From the human T2T-CHM13v2.0 reference genome, Homo sapiens: a DNA stretch of 64,000 nt. The notes under the pieces were generated by a model, which worked only from the letters and a program-made list of their open reading frames with translations, ran no database searches and was not told the DNA's origin. Position numbers and translations under genes: made by a program. Shown here one piece after another: positions 13,975 through 27,745 of the stretch. How positions within the stretch are numbered: the first letter of the stretch is position 1; each line of letters starts with the position of its first letter. Location: assembly GCF_009914755.1 (NCBI RefSeq), contig NC_060929.1. The stretch is one strand, 5' to 3'.

Positions 13975-14715
13975 TTTTTTTTAATTTTATTATTATTATA
14001 TTTTGAGTTTTAGGGTACATGTGCACAATGTGCAGGTTAGTTACATATGTATACCTGTGCCATGTTGGTGTGCTGCACCCATTAACTCGTCATTTAGGAT
14101 TAGGCATATCTCCTAATGCTATCCCTCCCCGCTCCCCCCACCCCACAACAGTCCCCGGTGTGTGATGTTCCCCTTCCTGTGTCCATGTGTTCTCATTGTT
14201 CAATTCCCACCTATGAGTGAGAACATGCGGTGTTTGGTTTTTTTGTCCTTGTGATAGTTTGCTGAGAATCATGGTTTCCAGTTTCACCCATGTCCCTACA
14301 AAGGACATGAACTCATCATTTTTTAAGGCTGCATAGTATTCCATGGTGTATATGTGCCACATTTTCTTAATCCAGTCTGTCGTTGTTGGACATTTGGGTT
14401 GGTTCCAAGTCTTTGCTATTGTGAATAGTGCTGCAATAAACATAGGTGTGCATGTGTCTTTATAGCAGCATGATTTATAATCCTTTGGGTATATACCCAG
14501 TAATGGGATGGCTGGGTCAAATGGTATTTCTAGTTCTAGATCCCTGCGGAATTGCCACACCGATTTCCACAGTGGTTGAACCAGTTTACAGTCCCACCAA
14601 CAGTGTAAAAGTGTTCCTATTTCTCCACATCCTCTCCAGCACCTGTTGTTTCCTGACTTTTTAATGATCGCCATTCTAACTGGTGTGAGATGGTATCTCA
14701 TTGTGGTTTTGATTT
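13975..14715 (-). mobile_element. 5'-truncated young L1 (L1PA3/4-like), about 740 bp
   Basis: T-rich tail, L1PA 3' UTR, ORF 14090-14701 encoding the ORF2 C-terminus ([19 protein letters not shown]). Confidence 0.96.
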
Positions 14716-14729
14716 CAAAATTGTTTTAC

Positions 14730-15545
14730 AAGTACTGGGGGATGGTCTGCGGAAAAAGCAAACATGTGGTCCTTATCCTCTTGGATTTTACACTGTAGTG
14801 TAGGAAGGAGCCAAGAGCCATCATGGAATTTATTATATGTATAACATGTAAACTGGGAAAGATAGGAGATTGTGGAATTCATAATTGGTGCAGATAACTC
14901 AATTTGAGGATTTGGGAAAAGCTTTTTTCTGATGAAGTCATGCTTCAGTGGAAATTTCAAAGCTATGCTAGCCTGATGAAAGATTGTGGGAAGAAAGTTC
15001 CAGACAGAGGAAATAGTATGTACAAATATCTTGAGTCAAGAGAGGATAGTATGAATGAAGAATGAAGGAAGAACAGTCAGACTAGAGGACAAGGGCAAGA
15101 GTGGCTGTTGACACAGTTGAAAATTACAGACCAGGATAGGTTGAAGCAGAGGGGTGACAGGATGAGTTTTAATCACACTGGAGGAAGATGATAATGGCTG
15201 TAGGGGATCTGTTAGGAAGCTATTGCAAGAATCCAGGTGAGAGGTGATGTTGGTCTGAACTATAATAGTGACAGTGAAGATGAAGAGAAGTGACCATAGT
15301 CATGCGGAGGAAGTGGCTAAACTTTGTGACAAATGTAATGTGGAGAATGAGGGGAAAGAAGAATTCAAGCATGACTCATACATTTCTGGCTTGAGGAACT
15401 CAGTGGTGGTGGCAGAAGAAAGTTGATGAGGGTGATACATTTAGTTTGGGTCATGTTGAGTTTGGGGTACCTGATAGCCATCCAAGGTACACTAGACATT
15501 TTGATAAATGCACCTAAAGCTCAGCACCAAGGGCTGGGCTGGGGC
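14730..15545. mobile_element. L2 LINE fragment(s)
   Basis: Purine-rich L2-type motifs (GGAAGCTATTGCAAGAATCCAGGTGAGAGGTGATG; TTTCTGGCTTGAG; AGTTTGGGTCATGTTGAGTTTG). Confidence 0.65.
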
Positions 15546-18459
15546 CAGTGCAAAATCTCCATGCTCCATCTTGACAGTATATTTCCCTTTCTTTATTTAA
15601 ATTTTCTCTGTATAATTCATAACTGTGTAATCATAACCGTATTTTACCCATTTTATATCCATCTTCCTTCATGGAAAGAAAGTTTTAAAAAATTGTGGTT
15701 TTTGTTGGCTTGGTCATTGTTGTATCCCAGTAACTAGTTCCCATAGTAGGCATCTAACAGGTATGTTTTGAATGAATGAGTATATGTGTGATGATCCTGA
15801 AGATGTAATCCACTTATATTATGAAAGTGTATGAAGAATGAACAGAGTGGGAAGACTGGAATGCCGAGAAGATAAACTTCTGGTAAAGGACAGTTGCAGC
15901 CACCAGAAGGGTCAAATTAACATTGACACAGAAGGTAGAAAGAAAATGAGTGCAGTGTGATCACAGCCAAGGAAACAGAATATTCTGATAAAGGATGGAC
16001 TAGTCAACTGTATTAAATCATTTACAAAGATTTTGCATTTTAGAGCAGGTATTGCAGTTTATAGTACACAGTTCAAAAGTAAGTCACTCTGTCCTTCTGC
16101 CACCATGATCCTTTTTCTAAAAACTAACACAGTTCATTTTCTGGGAGGAATAGTAATGAGATAGTTCATATCATAGCATTTCATCTGTTAACAAACAGGT
16201 ATGAAATATGTCCACAGGTGCCAGGTAGCCCTCTCTGCCTTACTCCTGCTGGTGAAGCAGCAGAATGATGATTTTGAAGAAGGTTCTCATGGAATGTGTA
16301 TTACCTGTTTTGCCTAATCATTTAAACTTTTGAATTCATAATTCTTTAAATAAATGAATGAAAGATCTCTTAGCTCTGAATATTGATTGGGGTCTTTTGA
16401 AATAGTGTGCAGAAATTTCAGTAATATTGAAGGGTAGGAAGAAAGTCAGAAATAACATGTAGAAAGAAAATATATGCCTAATACTGTCAGCATATACAAT
16501 AGCACAGACTTTCCAATTACTAATAAATTCTCAAATATATGGCTTTCTGAGCCTATGTAATATACATATAAGAACTCTTTTATACAACCTTTTCATGTAT
16601 CTTATATATAAATGTAGTTTTATTTATTTTATGTACTAAATTGTATGTCTATAGTAGTTTAAATTTTATTAAATATTTTTCCCTTATGCTCATCAAAAAT
16701 GCCCTTTATTTATTTGTCTGGCAAGCCTTGCCTTCATAGGTACTAGAAAATAAATTTCTCCTAAATTACCATAAATTCCATATTATGGGTTTATGACTTA
16801 ATGAGATTTTACTGTGCAGAATTAGAAATGCAAATCACATGTCTACTGAGTCCACTTTCTCCTTCAGCAGGTATAACTAATGCTATACATGAGTTTCTGT
16901 AAAACTATCAGCCATATTAACCCTTATGACATAGAAATCAATTTAGATTATTTAACCAAAAATATAATATTAATAATAAAATAAGACCAATGTGTCACTG
17001 TTCCAAATCCTGTCTCTATTGTAACTTATTTAATCCTTACAATATACCTGTAAAAATGTTCATCATTTTTAACCCCATTTTGTATGTGAGGAAACAGCAG
17101 CAAAAATTAATCGCTCTAAGATCACACAGTTAATTTTTTAAAAAGTTAAAGGGCTCAGGCCCTTCCTGACAACTATGTGACTTTGTAAGTGAAACTCCTG
17201 TAGATTTGTCTACTGTACATTCTCAGCTTGTCTCATTCACTGAGTTAATATAATAGAAACAAAACCTCAGCCCAGTCAGAGGATCTCTGCACTTTAACAA
17301 TCAAATGACTAATAGGAAATTTTGAGAATTGAGTTTCTGGGCATCTTTTAAAGGAGGACTACATCAGATTAATCGATCTTCAAGAGCATAGAAAGAAAAG
17401 TATGCCTCGGAGTACAAAATGAAATTAGTGATGCTTCCAATGGAGGTAAAATTGTTATATGAGGAAATTACCTAAGCTCTGACACCGTGGGGATGCTAAT
17501 TATATTCACATACTGTCTTGGCAGAAATAAAGCACCACATCCTTTATGCTAGAAAAGGATAAAATGGGAAGGAAACCCTTTTTTACCAACTGCTATTCAA
17601 AGTCCCAAGCAGGGAGAAGAGGTATGCCTTATCAATGAGCAAAACTGATGTACAAACAAGAACATTAAAAAGTCTGAGCAATAATTTCTCAAAATCCCTA
17701 TCAGGTTGGTTTCTTAGGGATGGCCATTGACAGATAGCCAAAAATAGCTAATCCAATGTGTAAAATGGGATTTTCCCAAATGTGGGTCATGCATCTCAAA
17801 GGCCTTTCCCAGTGCTCCTTTACCAGAACTGTGTATCCACTTATATACCATAGTTAGGGATCCTAAGGTTAATAAGTCTTTTGCAGCTCTACCAAAACTC
17901 TTGAAATTCTAAAAAATGTACATAATGACTCTAAATTTAAAAAATAATTTAATGTTGAAATTAATATTTAATTAAATGTCTATAACATGTAATACCATGC
18001 CTATAATTATACATGATTATATTCAACATAGGAAATATAAACTTTAATCTGCTTTGTATTATGTGTCAAGGGTTCTCCACGACTTAAAGAACTTGGACAT
18101 ATGATGGTTTTTCAAAGCTCCAGGTAGCTACAGCCTCAGGCAGACTTAATCACTTTCAAATTCTATGCATCTAAAGCCAATTGCAGTATTCTGTTCTTTT
18201 TTTTCCCTTAAATCCTTTTTCAAGGCATTCCATTGCTAATTCTACAAGAAACAAGACTGTATTTTACTTTTGTTTTTATTATCCAATGTATTATACTCAG
18301 CACACTTACTTAACTTGTATTAGCACTTGTAAGTTATAATTACAATTATTATTTTTGTTAATACTTATGTAGTGCTGACTTACTAGCTTGTTTGCTCTTT
18401 GATGAACAACATTAATTCATTATTCATTTAAGTCTTTCAAGCTTATGTGTAGTGCTTTT

Positions 18460-18945
18460 GGGGTTGTAAGTGACAGAAACCAAGCGTAAACTATCTCAGA
18501 CAAGTGAATTTTAGGTCATGTAGCTGAAACCGTCAAGGATGAGCAGCATTGAGGACAGGTGGATTCAGGGGCTTAAGCTATTTTATTTCTCAATTCCATT
18601 TTATGAAAATTGGCCATATTCTTAGGTGGGGTCTCTTGTCAAAATAACAAGGAAGCAGTTACTCCACTTTAGCAACCCTGAGATTAACAATTTGGTAACA
18701 CCAAAATTGCAAGATAAAATACTGTGTGAAGGCTTGGATCATAGACCTATATTCAACCAATCATTTGCTCTGATCAGTGGTCTTGTGCCCACCTCTGGTC
18801 CTGAAGCTGGAGTAAACCATATCTAAACCATGTGGACCATGGGTTGTTGAGGAATGAGAACCCAAAGAAGGATCCTTAACATATTGTTTCTACAAAGAGG
18901 AGGAATGGATCCGGAGCAGGCAAAAGTCAAAGATGTCTACTATGG
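18460..18945. mobile_element. Old MaLR LTR (MLT1-type) remnant
   Basis: GGTTGTAAGTGACAGAAAC start and AGGAATGGAT...GCAGGCAAAA...ATGTCTACTA end, typical of MLT1. Confidence 0.5.
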
Positions 18946-19479
18946 GCAGAATAGGTGTCATTAGTAACCACATCTTTTCGATAAATCAGTTGTGGCATAG
19001 GGACTTGAATATGGCTAAAAGAGAGACCCAAATTCACCACATCCATCTTACATGAATGTCCTTGTAACTGTCCTGTAAAGATGAATGAATGAACAAATAC
19101 ATAAATCTAGGACATCTGGGATCTCATATTTATGTCAATTATGGTTGACTGCTACTTACATTTTAGAAATTTGCATAGTCATGTGTGAAACAATCACCTC
19201 GAAATTGTTTGAAGATAGTCATGGTATAACTGGATGCATATAAGTAAACACATGCAGGAATTGATATAAAAATTTAGTAAAATTATAAGCAAGAATGGCT
19301 AGGGATAGAAGGTCCTAAAAATTCATTATTTGAGTAACTGAGAACTACTAGTAAAAAATTATAATGTTAGTATTAAATAATTGCATTAACTTCACTTCTA
19401 CATAGTAAAACTTGATTAATATTTGTTGAATAAATAAACATTTGAATGAATAAATTCCTCAAAAACCTTTTTGGCTGCC

Positions 19480-19854
19480 TGATATGGTTTGGCTGTGGCT
19501 TCACCCAAAATTTCATCTTGAATTGTAATTTGCATAATCCCCATAATCTCCATGTGTCAAGGGAGAGACCAGGTAGAGGTAATTGAATTGTGGGGCCAGT
19601 TTCACCCATGCTGTTCTTGTGGTAGTGCATGAGTTCTCAGGAGATCTGATTGTTTTATAAGTGTTTGTGTTCATTTCTTATTCCTACTGTCTTGTGAAGT
19701 GGGGGCCTTGTTTCACCCTCACCTTCCCCCATGATTGTAAGTTTCCTGAGGCCTCCTTAGCCATACTGAACTGTGAGTCAATTAAGCTTCTTTCTTTTAT
19801 AAATTACGCAGTATCAAGGAGTTCTTTATAGCAGTGTGAAAATGAACTAAAATA
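19480..19854 (+). mobile_element. THE1 (THE1D-like) solo LTR
   Basis: TGATATGGTTTGGCTGTG...CATGATTGTAAGTTTCCTGAGGCC...GAAAATGAACTAA; flanks CTGCC / TTGCC (5-bp TSD, 1 mismatch). Confidence 0.9.
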
Positions 19855-20002
19855 TTGCCTAAGCATTTAAATATGCCCATGCTAATAATCATAAACAGTT
19901 TCTAAAATTTTTGTTGACATATGATTTACCTTAATAATAAAAATGTATTATTGTATATAGTATTTAAAATATATGTCATTGTGGATAGAAAATTACCTTC
20001 CT

Positions 20003-20327
20003 AGCCAGGCACAGTGGCTCACGCCTGTAATCCCAGCATTTTGGGAGGCCAAGGTGGGCAGATCACGAGGTCAGGAGTTCGAGACCAGCCTGACCAACAT
20101 GGTGAAATCCCATCTCTACTGAAAATACAAAAATTAGCCGGGCATGGTGGCGGGTGCCTGTAGTCCCAGCTACTCAGGAGGCTGAGGCAGGAGAATTGCT
20201 TGAACCCGGGACATGGAGGTTGCAGTGAGCCGAGATCTGAGATCATGCCACTGCACTCCAGCCTGGGTGACAGAGCGAGACACTGTCTCAAAAAAAGAAA
20301 AAAAAAAGAAAGAAAGAAAAAGAAAAA
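20003..20327 (+). mobile_element. Alu (AluS-like)
   Basis: Full dimer with A/GAAA tail; TSD AGAAAAT(T/G)ACCTTCC at 19987-20001 and 20328-20342. Confidence 0.96.
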
Positions 20328-23169
20328 AGAAAATGACCTTCCCTGATACTTATATTCTAACCTCTCTACAGTTTTTTAATTCTCAGAAAACACTATGAGG
20401 TATATTCTAATGTTATCTTCATTTCACAATATTCTGAAATTGTCAAAGGTTTTGTGATTAAGAAAAGCGTCTTTTCAGAAACAGAAGAATGGAGAAGAAC
20501 TAGTCAAAGTCTGTCAGAGTGAAGATTTTCTTTAATTGGAAACCTAATGAGTAGGTGATAATAACCATTGTTTTCTTTCATTTGTTTTAGCATAGTTATC
20601 TCATAATAGAAACGGCATGAAGACATTTTTTGTTCCTAGTTCCTGAGAAGATTAATTTGGTTCTAGCTTCAAATAAGATGATTAAGGGCTGTGAGTGGAA
20701 GTGTTCCTACTAAGGGTGTGGTATGTGGTGGTGTAGAGCAAAGTCATAGCTCTGTAAGATAAAGTCTTTTGCAGGAAAGAAAGTCCAACAACCAATTCCA
20801 CTGATGTTTATTTTTTAAAATGTAATTTCTTTTAATGTGAGCTCAGAATTAAGTGATTGGCTTTTGGAACCAGTGATGCATCAACAAGAACCAATGAGTA
20901 CTTTGGGGATTTGGTATGTTCCAACCATGCATTTTATCCAGAATTGGGCGTGTGGATTGTTCAGGAGATGATTTTGTATATTACATGGACATGTGTTGTA
21001 AATTTACGGAAAATAGATGAAGTAGTAATGCAGTTGGTACTTGGGTGTGACAAAAATAATGCAGGTGGTATGCCAACATTTGGGAATTGTTGACTAAACA
21101 AATTAGGAAAGAACTATCTGCCAAATTTCTGTAAGAGAAATTCTCATACTTTAAGCTGAAGTGAGGAACTTCCAACTCTTAAGTGTCTGTGGTTATTAGA
21201 AGTCCCTAGTGTGGGTGATCAGCAGCCATGAGATGTGAGGTGAATATGAACATCATCAGACAACAAGGTCACCTTTTTGACACAGGGATCAAAATCTAAT
21301 TCAGGAATTCAGTGAATATACAGACCCTCTGTGTATGTGGACATGTTCTGCAGGGAACAAACAGATGAATTTACAATATTATTCCCCTCAAGAAGCTTAC
21401 AGGGGGAGGGGGAGGAAGAATGGCAAAATGATTACAATTACTCTAAGCAGCAGAATAGTAATGTCACAAGAAACAAAGGAAGAAGGGAAACTGGCTGGGA
21501 GTAAATGGGAAAGCCTTTACTGAAAACATGCTGCTTGAAGTGGACCTCGAAGGATGGCCAAGATATTATTGCAGTTTTTAGTGGATGATGGGAAGTTTGA
21601 AATAAATTTTTGCATAGATGTAGCATCTAGCTAAAGTACAAAATTGGCCAAGTTGTGAAGATCCTTGATATCAGGATAAGGATTTTAAATGATGTAGATA
21701 GATGTAGGGTACTCTGGGATCTAGTCCTTCTTCCATCCTTCATCAGCAATGTTATAGTTGCCACATCATTTTTATCAGGGATCAGCTGACTTGTTATGAT
21801 AACAAGTATCAGGCTTTGCAGGATACTCTGATCCACAGTAGTATTATGAAAGCAGCCATAGAAAAACAATAAAGGTGAGTCATGATTTAATAGGAGTAAT
21901 AGAAAAGGTTAAAAATAAAGGAAAAACACAGTAAAATTTTTATCCAGAAAGAAATAAACAACCAAACTAGCAGTTTATCATGTTACACAAATAGGCACTA
22001 GTAATCTGAGAGGGTCTTTTATGTCACCTCCATTTTTAAAGGGGCATGAGAGTATTTGAAAAGAATGGCATGACATCATAGATCATTTTAATCTTAGTGT
22101 GAAGTTGAGCTGACTAGAGGAAAAAACCTCAGATCTCAGATTCTTTTAAAAATATACTGGAAATGTACTTAAGAATTTACTGTAAAAGATAGTAAAGTGG
22201 ATGCTTATCTAATTGTTCTATTTATTTTCTTGGGAGCTGGAGTACGTAGTGCCCATAGAGAAGCTGGCTGTCCCCTTCCATTCTTCTATAAGGAAGGGAA
22301 GAATAAATGGGACAGGAGAAAAGAGAACCATTAAGATTTTATTTTAACTAAAAGTTCTGGGAGAGTAAATTTTTTTTTTAAAAAAAAGCTAAAATTTAAA
22401 TATTAAATAAAACAGATATCAGAGAAAACAACTTCTGAAGATAGCAAATCAAACTTAAAGATTTGGAAAGACCCTGAAGCAATCATTGATATATTACAGA
22501 AAATAGGCAGTTCATTTGAAAATTCATAGATAAAACAAGAAACTTCAAAGAGCTATCTAGCTTGCCGTGGGCATCTTTGATCTATACCTTTAAACATGTT
22601 ATGTATTTTTCTCTATTATTAAAGGCACGCAAAAGATGGTTATGTTGGTGCAGCCTCTCAAGATGCCCATCACCAGTGATTATGAGGTGAGGAATAGAAC
22701 AATTCTTGAGAAACTTATGCTCCAGAGCTTCCTTATAGGATCAAACTCAGCCTACCCACTACATGGCTCTTCCTTGAAACCTCCCTTGTCTTAGTTTCCC
22801 TCTTTCCCTGTCTTACTTTTTCCTGTTTCTCATCATCTGCACAGAAATCCTTCTCTCAAGGTCAGCTTCTGGGAATTGAACCTAACACAACTGGGTACTT
22901 TTGGATGCATTCTGGAGGAGAACTGTTTCTGGAAAATAAGACATCATTACTGGAACTCTGCAGATGAGAATGGCACCATGAGTTGTGGAAGAACAATAAC
23001 TAGCTGCTGTGTTGCTGTTTAACACTTCTTGTATGATTTTTTGAGACATGGGGTGACTCCCAAGTTACATTCTCTTCCTGACTTTTAGTTGTATCAAATG
23101 TAAAATGAGGGTGTAAAATTAGGTGATTGCCAAAGTTCCTTCCAGCTGGAAAAATTCTATGATGTAAAT

Positions 23170-23330
23170 CAGGGGTTGGCAAATTATGGACCTCTGGCCA
23201 AGTCCAGCCATACCTCCTTTTTTTTGAGTGAAGTTTTACTGGAATGCAGCCCTGCTCATTAGTTTAGGTATTGTTTATACCTGCTTCGTGCTGCAGAGTT
23301 GGGTAGCCTAGGCTACTCTGCAACTCTATG
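23170..23330. mobile_element. MER58-like hAT MITE fragment, followed by MIR (to about 23500)
   Basis: CAGGGGTTGGCAAATTATGG...GGCCAAGTCCAGCC...AAGTTTTACTGGAA resembles MER58A; MIR core GGTGAGGAAATTGAG follows. Confidence 0.65.
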
Positions 23331-24211
23331 AGACTCATAATGATTATTATCCTCAACATTTTAAAAAACAGGTGAGGAAATTGAGACAAAGCAAATTTAA
23401 GTTGCCCAAGTTTACAGGATGAGTAATGGCAGAGCTGATGTTCGTATTCAGCCAAACTGCCTCCAGAGTTGGTGCTTTTAACCACAGTGCTAAACTGCCC
23501 TGATTTAAGAAGCCCACAATGAAAGTGAATGTTAAAACCTTTTGACTCATAGTAATTAAGATGTGCTTGCTTTGTTTTTAGTATGAGGGTTAACATTAAC
23601 AGGAATACATATGGAAGAATGGATGGAGGAGAGGGAAAGGGGAAAATTCTGCAAGCTCAACAAAGTTAGAAAATAATATCAACAATAAAATATGGCCTGT
23701 TTATTTTTTTTTTTTTACCATCACGTGCAATCCTACAATGTGGTTTCATGTTCCCTTCATTTTTCCTCATGGTGCAAATCACAGACACATTTACAAACAA
23801 ATTCACAACTAAGATGCTTAACTTGGTCCTCAGCATGCCAGCATCCTGTGTCTGTGGAGCAGAACTAATCATTTTATGTCACTTCTCACTTCTCCTCCCC
23901 TCCCACTTCCTTTGAGATTGCAATTCTGCTTAGGCAATGTGATGAATGACAATGCCAAGGGTAGATAATTTTGCTTTTGACAATTTACACTTTCACAGTG
24001 CATCAGCACAATGTTTTGTAAATGTTTTTGGTTTTTAGATCACATTGACATTAATCCTCTCAAAATATATTTGTGTATCCTTTTCCACTGTGGTGAAGGC
24101 TCATTTGAATGGAACAAGTTTAAACACTAACTTAAATTGAAGAAGGAAATATCTTAAAGAAGAAAGGATGGAGAGGTATTTTCCAATTTATCTTTCTTAA
24201 ATCACAGCTAG

Positions 24212-24566
<355 letters not shown>

Positions 24567-25048
24567 TTCTATTTCTTTTTTGGTAAATATTTTGTCATAG
24601 TGTTTTAACAATAACCCACAATGTAAACTCATCTCAGAAAATTTGGTTTTGGCCATTATAGCTGTAATTTAACTTCTTTCCTAATGCATGTAAAGTGGCT
24701 GATAAATTTCTTATTCTGCTCAAGTCAGCACTTCCTAACCTTACTATTTTTGGCAGTGTTTGGGACTATAATAAGATTAAACCAGTCTTGCTCTGTTCCT
24801 CTCTGTCTTTCTGTGTCTGTCAGTCTCTCTTTCTATCCTTCTCTGCCTCTCTCCTTCTGTTTGTTTTATATTTCCATTATTGCCTGATTGCCTGAGTACT
24901 TACTTGTGCTAGCCACTGTGCTATTTAATATGCTGTACTTCATTTATTCTTCACAGTAACCACTGAGTTTGGGATTGCCATTGACAATTTTCAGATGAGG
25001 CAACTAAGGATGTACAAAGTTAAATGTTACACAACTGTAGTAATAATA

Positions 25049-25226
25049 ATGTAGTTTAATAATAAGTTGTTATATTAATGCAATAATAATAATGATACAC
25101 TCAAGATTCCAATTCAGAATGGTCTTCCTCCAGGTAGTAACCTTAAACACAGTGCAAGAACACAAAAGGTTCAGAAATCCTCAAATAGTAATGTGAATCA
25201 AGAAAGATACAGGCTTCCATGTAGGA
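25049..25226 (+). repeat. Copy 1 of a 178-bp direct duplication
   Basis: Aligns without gaps to 25522-25699, 11 mismatches by eye. Confidence 0.95.
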
Positions 25227-25521
25227 ACCAGATAGTCATGATCCTAGGCCAGCAGACTGAAGGTAAAGAACAGACTGGTGATAATCAATCATGCAAGAGG
25301 TTAGAGAGATAAACATTTAACTTGACCAGAACTTGAGAGAGCTCAGAGCTTTGATGACAGGTATCTGATGTCCAAAACAGCACCTGGGCTAAGAACCAGG
25401 ATTGTAGGACCTGTTAACTCCAGCACCTTTTCTTTGCACAGAAAAGATAAAAGAACCTGATTCTGTAGCAGAAATTTTCTGAACTTGCAAAAGGGGATCA
25501 GCACTTACTAAGTACTGATTT

Positions 25522-25699
25522 ATGTAGTTTAATAATAAGTTGTTATATTAATGCAATAATAATAATGATACACTCAAGATTCCAACTCGGATTGGTCTGC
25601 CTCCGGGTAGTAACCTTAAACACTGTACAAGAACATAAAAGGTTCGGAAGTCCTCAAATATTAATGTGAATCAAGAAAGATACAGGCTTCCATGTAGGA
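25522..25699 (+). repeat. Copy 2 of a 178-bp direct duplication
   Basis: Aligns without gaps to 25049-25226. Confidence 0.95.
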
Positions 25700-26624
25700 C
25701 AATTTTCTCTTTTTGAGCACCGTGCATAGACTAGTATATGTCAGCTTATTTAATACTCTTCACAAACATACGGGAAGCAGCTATACTGCCTATAGCTACA
25801 CAGGTAGTAAGACTGCACATAGATATGGGTAGCATTGGGAAGCTTGCTGGCACTTAACTGAATTTAAAAAAATATGTGCGTAATAGAGTGGTGCTACTAT
25901 AAGCTTGTAAAAGAAAAAGAGCTCTGATAGCTTAGAAAACTTTGAGTTTTGTTTTTTCTTATAAATTGAAAGAGAGCAGGGAAACAGAGTATGGTGATTT
26001 GGGGGAAGAAACTCTTCCATATATTATTTAAATAACATCTACTTGCTTTGAAAGAAGTGTATACCATTCTTCATCTACGTTTGAATGCTATGTATGTTGT
26101 TGAATCTAGATATATAAACCACCAATCTGTCTGCAACTGGAAAAGTATCAGGAAAATCAGTAAGGGGAAGACCTCTAATATCTTTTGATGAGTAATATAA
26201 AAAGTTAAAAACAGGCTGTTTAAAAGTATAAATTGTGCCTCCCTAACACTTTAGTTTTAGGAGGATTCTCCATAAAGAACATAATGCATTTAGAATCTAA
26301 CTTGATTTGTCAAGTTTCTCTTAAGATTTGACCAAGAAGAAAACTGAACTGTTCCTCAAGTGTTTGCTAAGACTAAAACAGAAGCAAAAACAACAAACCA
26401 ACAAAAAAACAAAACGGAATCCAAAATGGTGAAACTAGCCCTGGAGTATATTAGAATTGGTAATTAACTTCTGTTGACAGTCCACAGACACCTTTTAAGA
26501 AAAACTAGTGACTGTGGCATCCAATTCCCTTTGCTTGAATCTAAAGCACTACTTTGAGAACTTATACAAATAACACCTTTTCATTTCAGCCAGGCTCATT
26601 TTTGCTTGTCTAATTATTTTCAAT

Positions 26625-26905
26625 GTTTTTTTATCACCCAGGCTGGAATGCAGTGGCATGATCACAGCTCACTGCAGCCTTGACCTCCTCAGGCCCAGGG
26701 GCTCAGGTGATCCTCCCACCTCATCTACCTGAGTAGTTGGGACTACAAGCATGCACTACCATTCCCGGCTAAGTTTTGTATTTTTTGTTGAGATGAGGTT
26801 TCATCATGTTACCCAGGCTGGTCTTGAACTCCTGAGCTCAAGCCATCCTCCCACCTCGACCTCCCAAAGTGCTGGGATTGCAGGCATGAGCCACCGCATC
26901 TGACC
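26625..26905 (-). mobile_element. Alu (AluJ-like)
   Basis: CACCCAGGCTGGAATGCAGTGGCATGATCACAGCTCACTGCAGCC...CCCAAAGTGCTGGGATTGCAGG. Confidence 0.92.
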
Positions 26906-27388
26906 CTTGTCTGATTTATTAGGCTAAGGTTTCTTTCTTCTACAGTGGTGGTTTTAGTTGTGCTGTTTTCTAGCACAACTTTAGTGGGTGCAGCAGATTC
27001 AGCTAATCAAATCATTTCACTCCCTGGCCCTCCACATGTTCTATGTTACTTCTGGAATCTCACCTGGTTCACTTTCTTCCTCCTTCACTACTCTCCACCT
27101 ACGCTTCCCATCAATACCAAGCAGGCTCCTGCCCCCGAGCTGTCAGTGTTGCTTCTCTGCCTGGAAAGCTCCTCTCCTAGATCTTCCTCTGGCTAGCTGC
27201 ATATTCAGATCTCATTTCACATATGACCTGCTCAGAGTGGCCAACCACATGCCTCCTCAGCACCAGTCAGTATCACTCTATTATATTACAGCCTTTCAAT
27301 GGCTTTTCATCTGAACTGTACTTTTTAACTTGTTTATTGCCTTCTCCTATTAAAATGCAGACTTCAACAAATGGTTCTGGATTGAATG

Positions 27389-27745
27389 GGATATGGTTTG
27401 GCTCTGTATCCCCACCCAAATTTCATCTGGAATTGTAATCCTCACGTTTCACTGGAGGGACCTGGTGGGAGGTGATTGGATTATGGAAGTGGTTTCTCCC
27501 ATGCTGTTCTCATGATATAGAGTTCTCATGAGAACTGATGATTTTAACGTGTGGCACTTGCCCTTTGCTTGCACTCTCTTGCCTGCCACCAGGTAAGATG
27601 TTCCTTGCTTCACCTTCTGCCATGATTGCAAGTTTCCTCAGGCCTCCCCAGCCATGTGGAACTGTGAGTCAATTAAACCTCCTTTCTGTATGGATTGCCC
27701 ATTCTCAGTAGTATCTTTATAGTAGTGTGAGAATGGACTAATACA
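27389..27745 (+). mobile_element. MST (MSTA-like) MaLR solo LTR
   Basis: GATATGGTTTGGCTCTGTATCCCCACCCAAA...GGTGGGAGGTGATTGGAT...GAATGGACTAATACA. Confidence 0.9.

Noticed and set aside
25049-25699. Repeat-spacer-repeat read as a miniature LTR element
   Set aside because: Identity extends beyond the putative TG...CA ends, no TSD, PBS or PPT is visible, and copy 1 overlaps a MIR tail.
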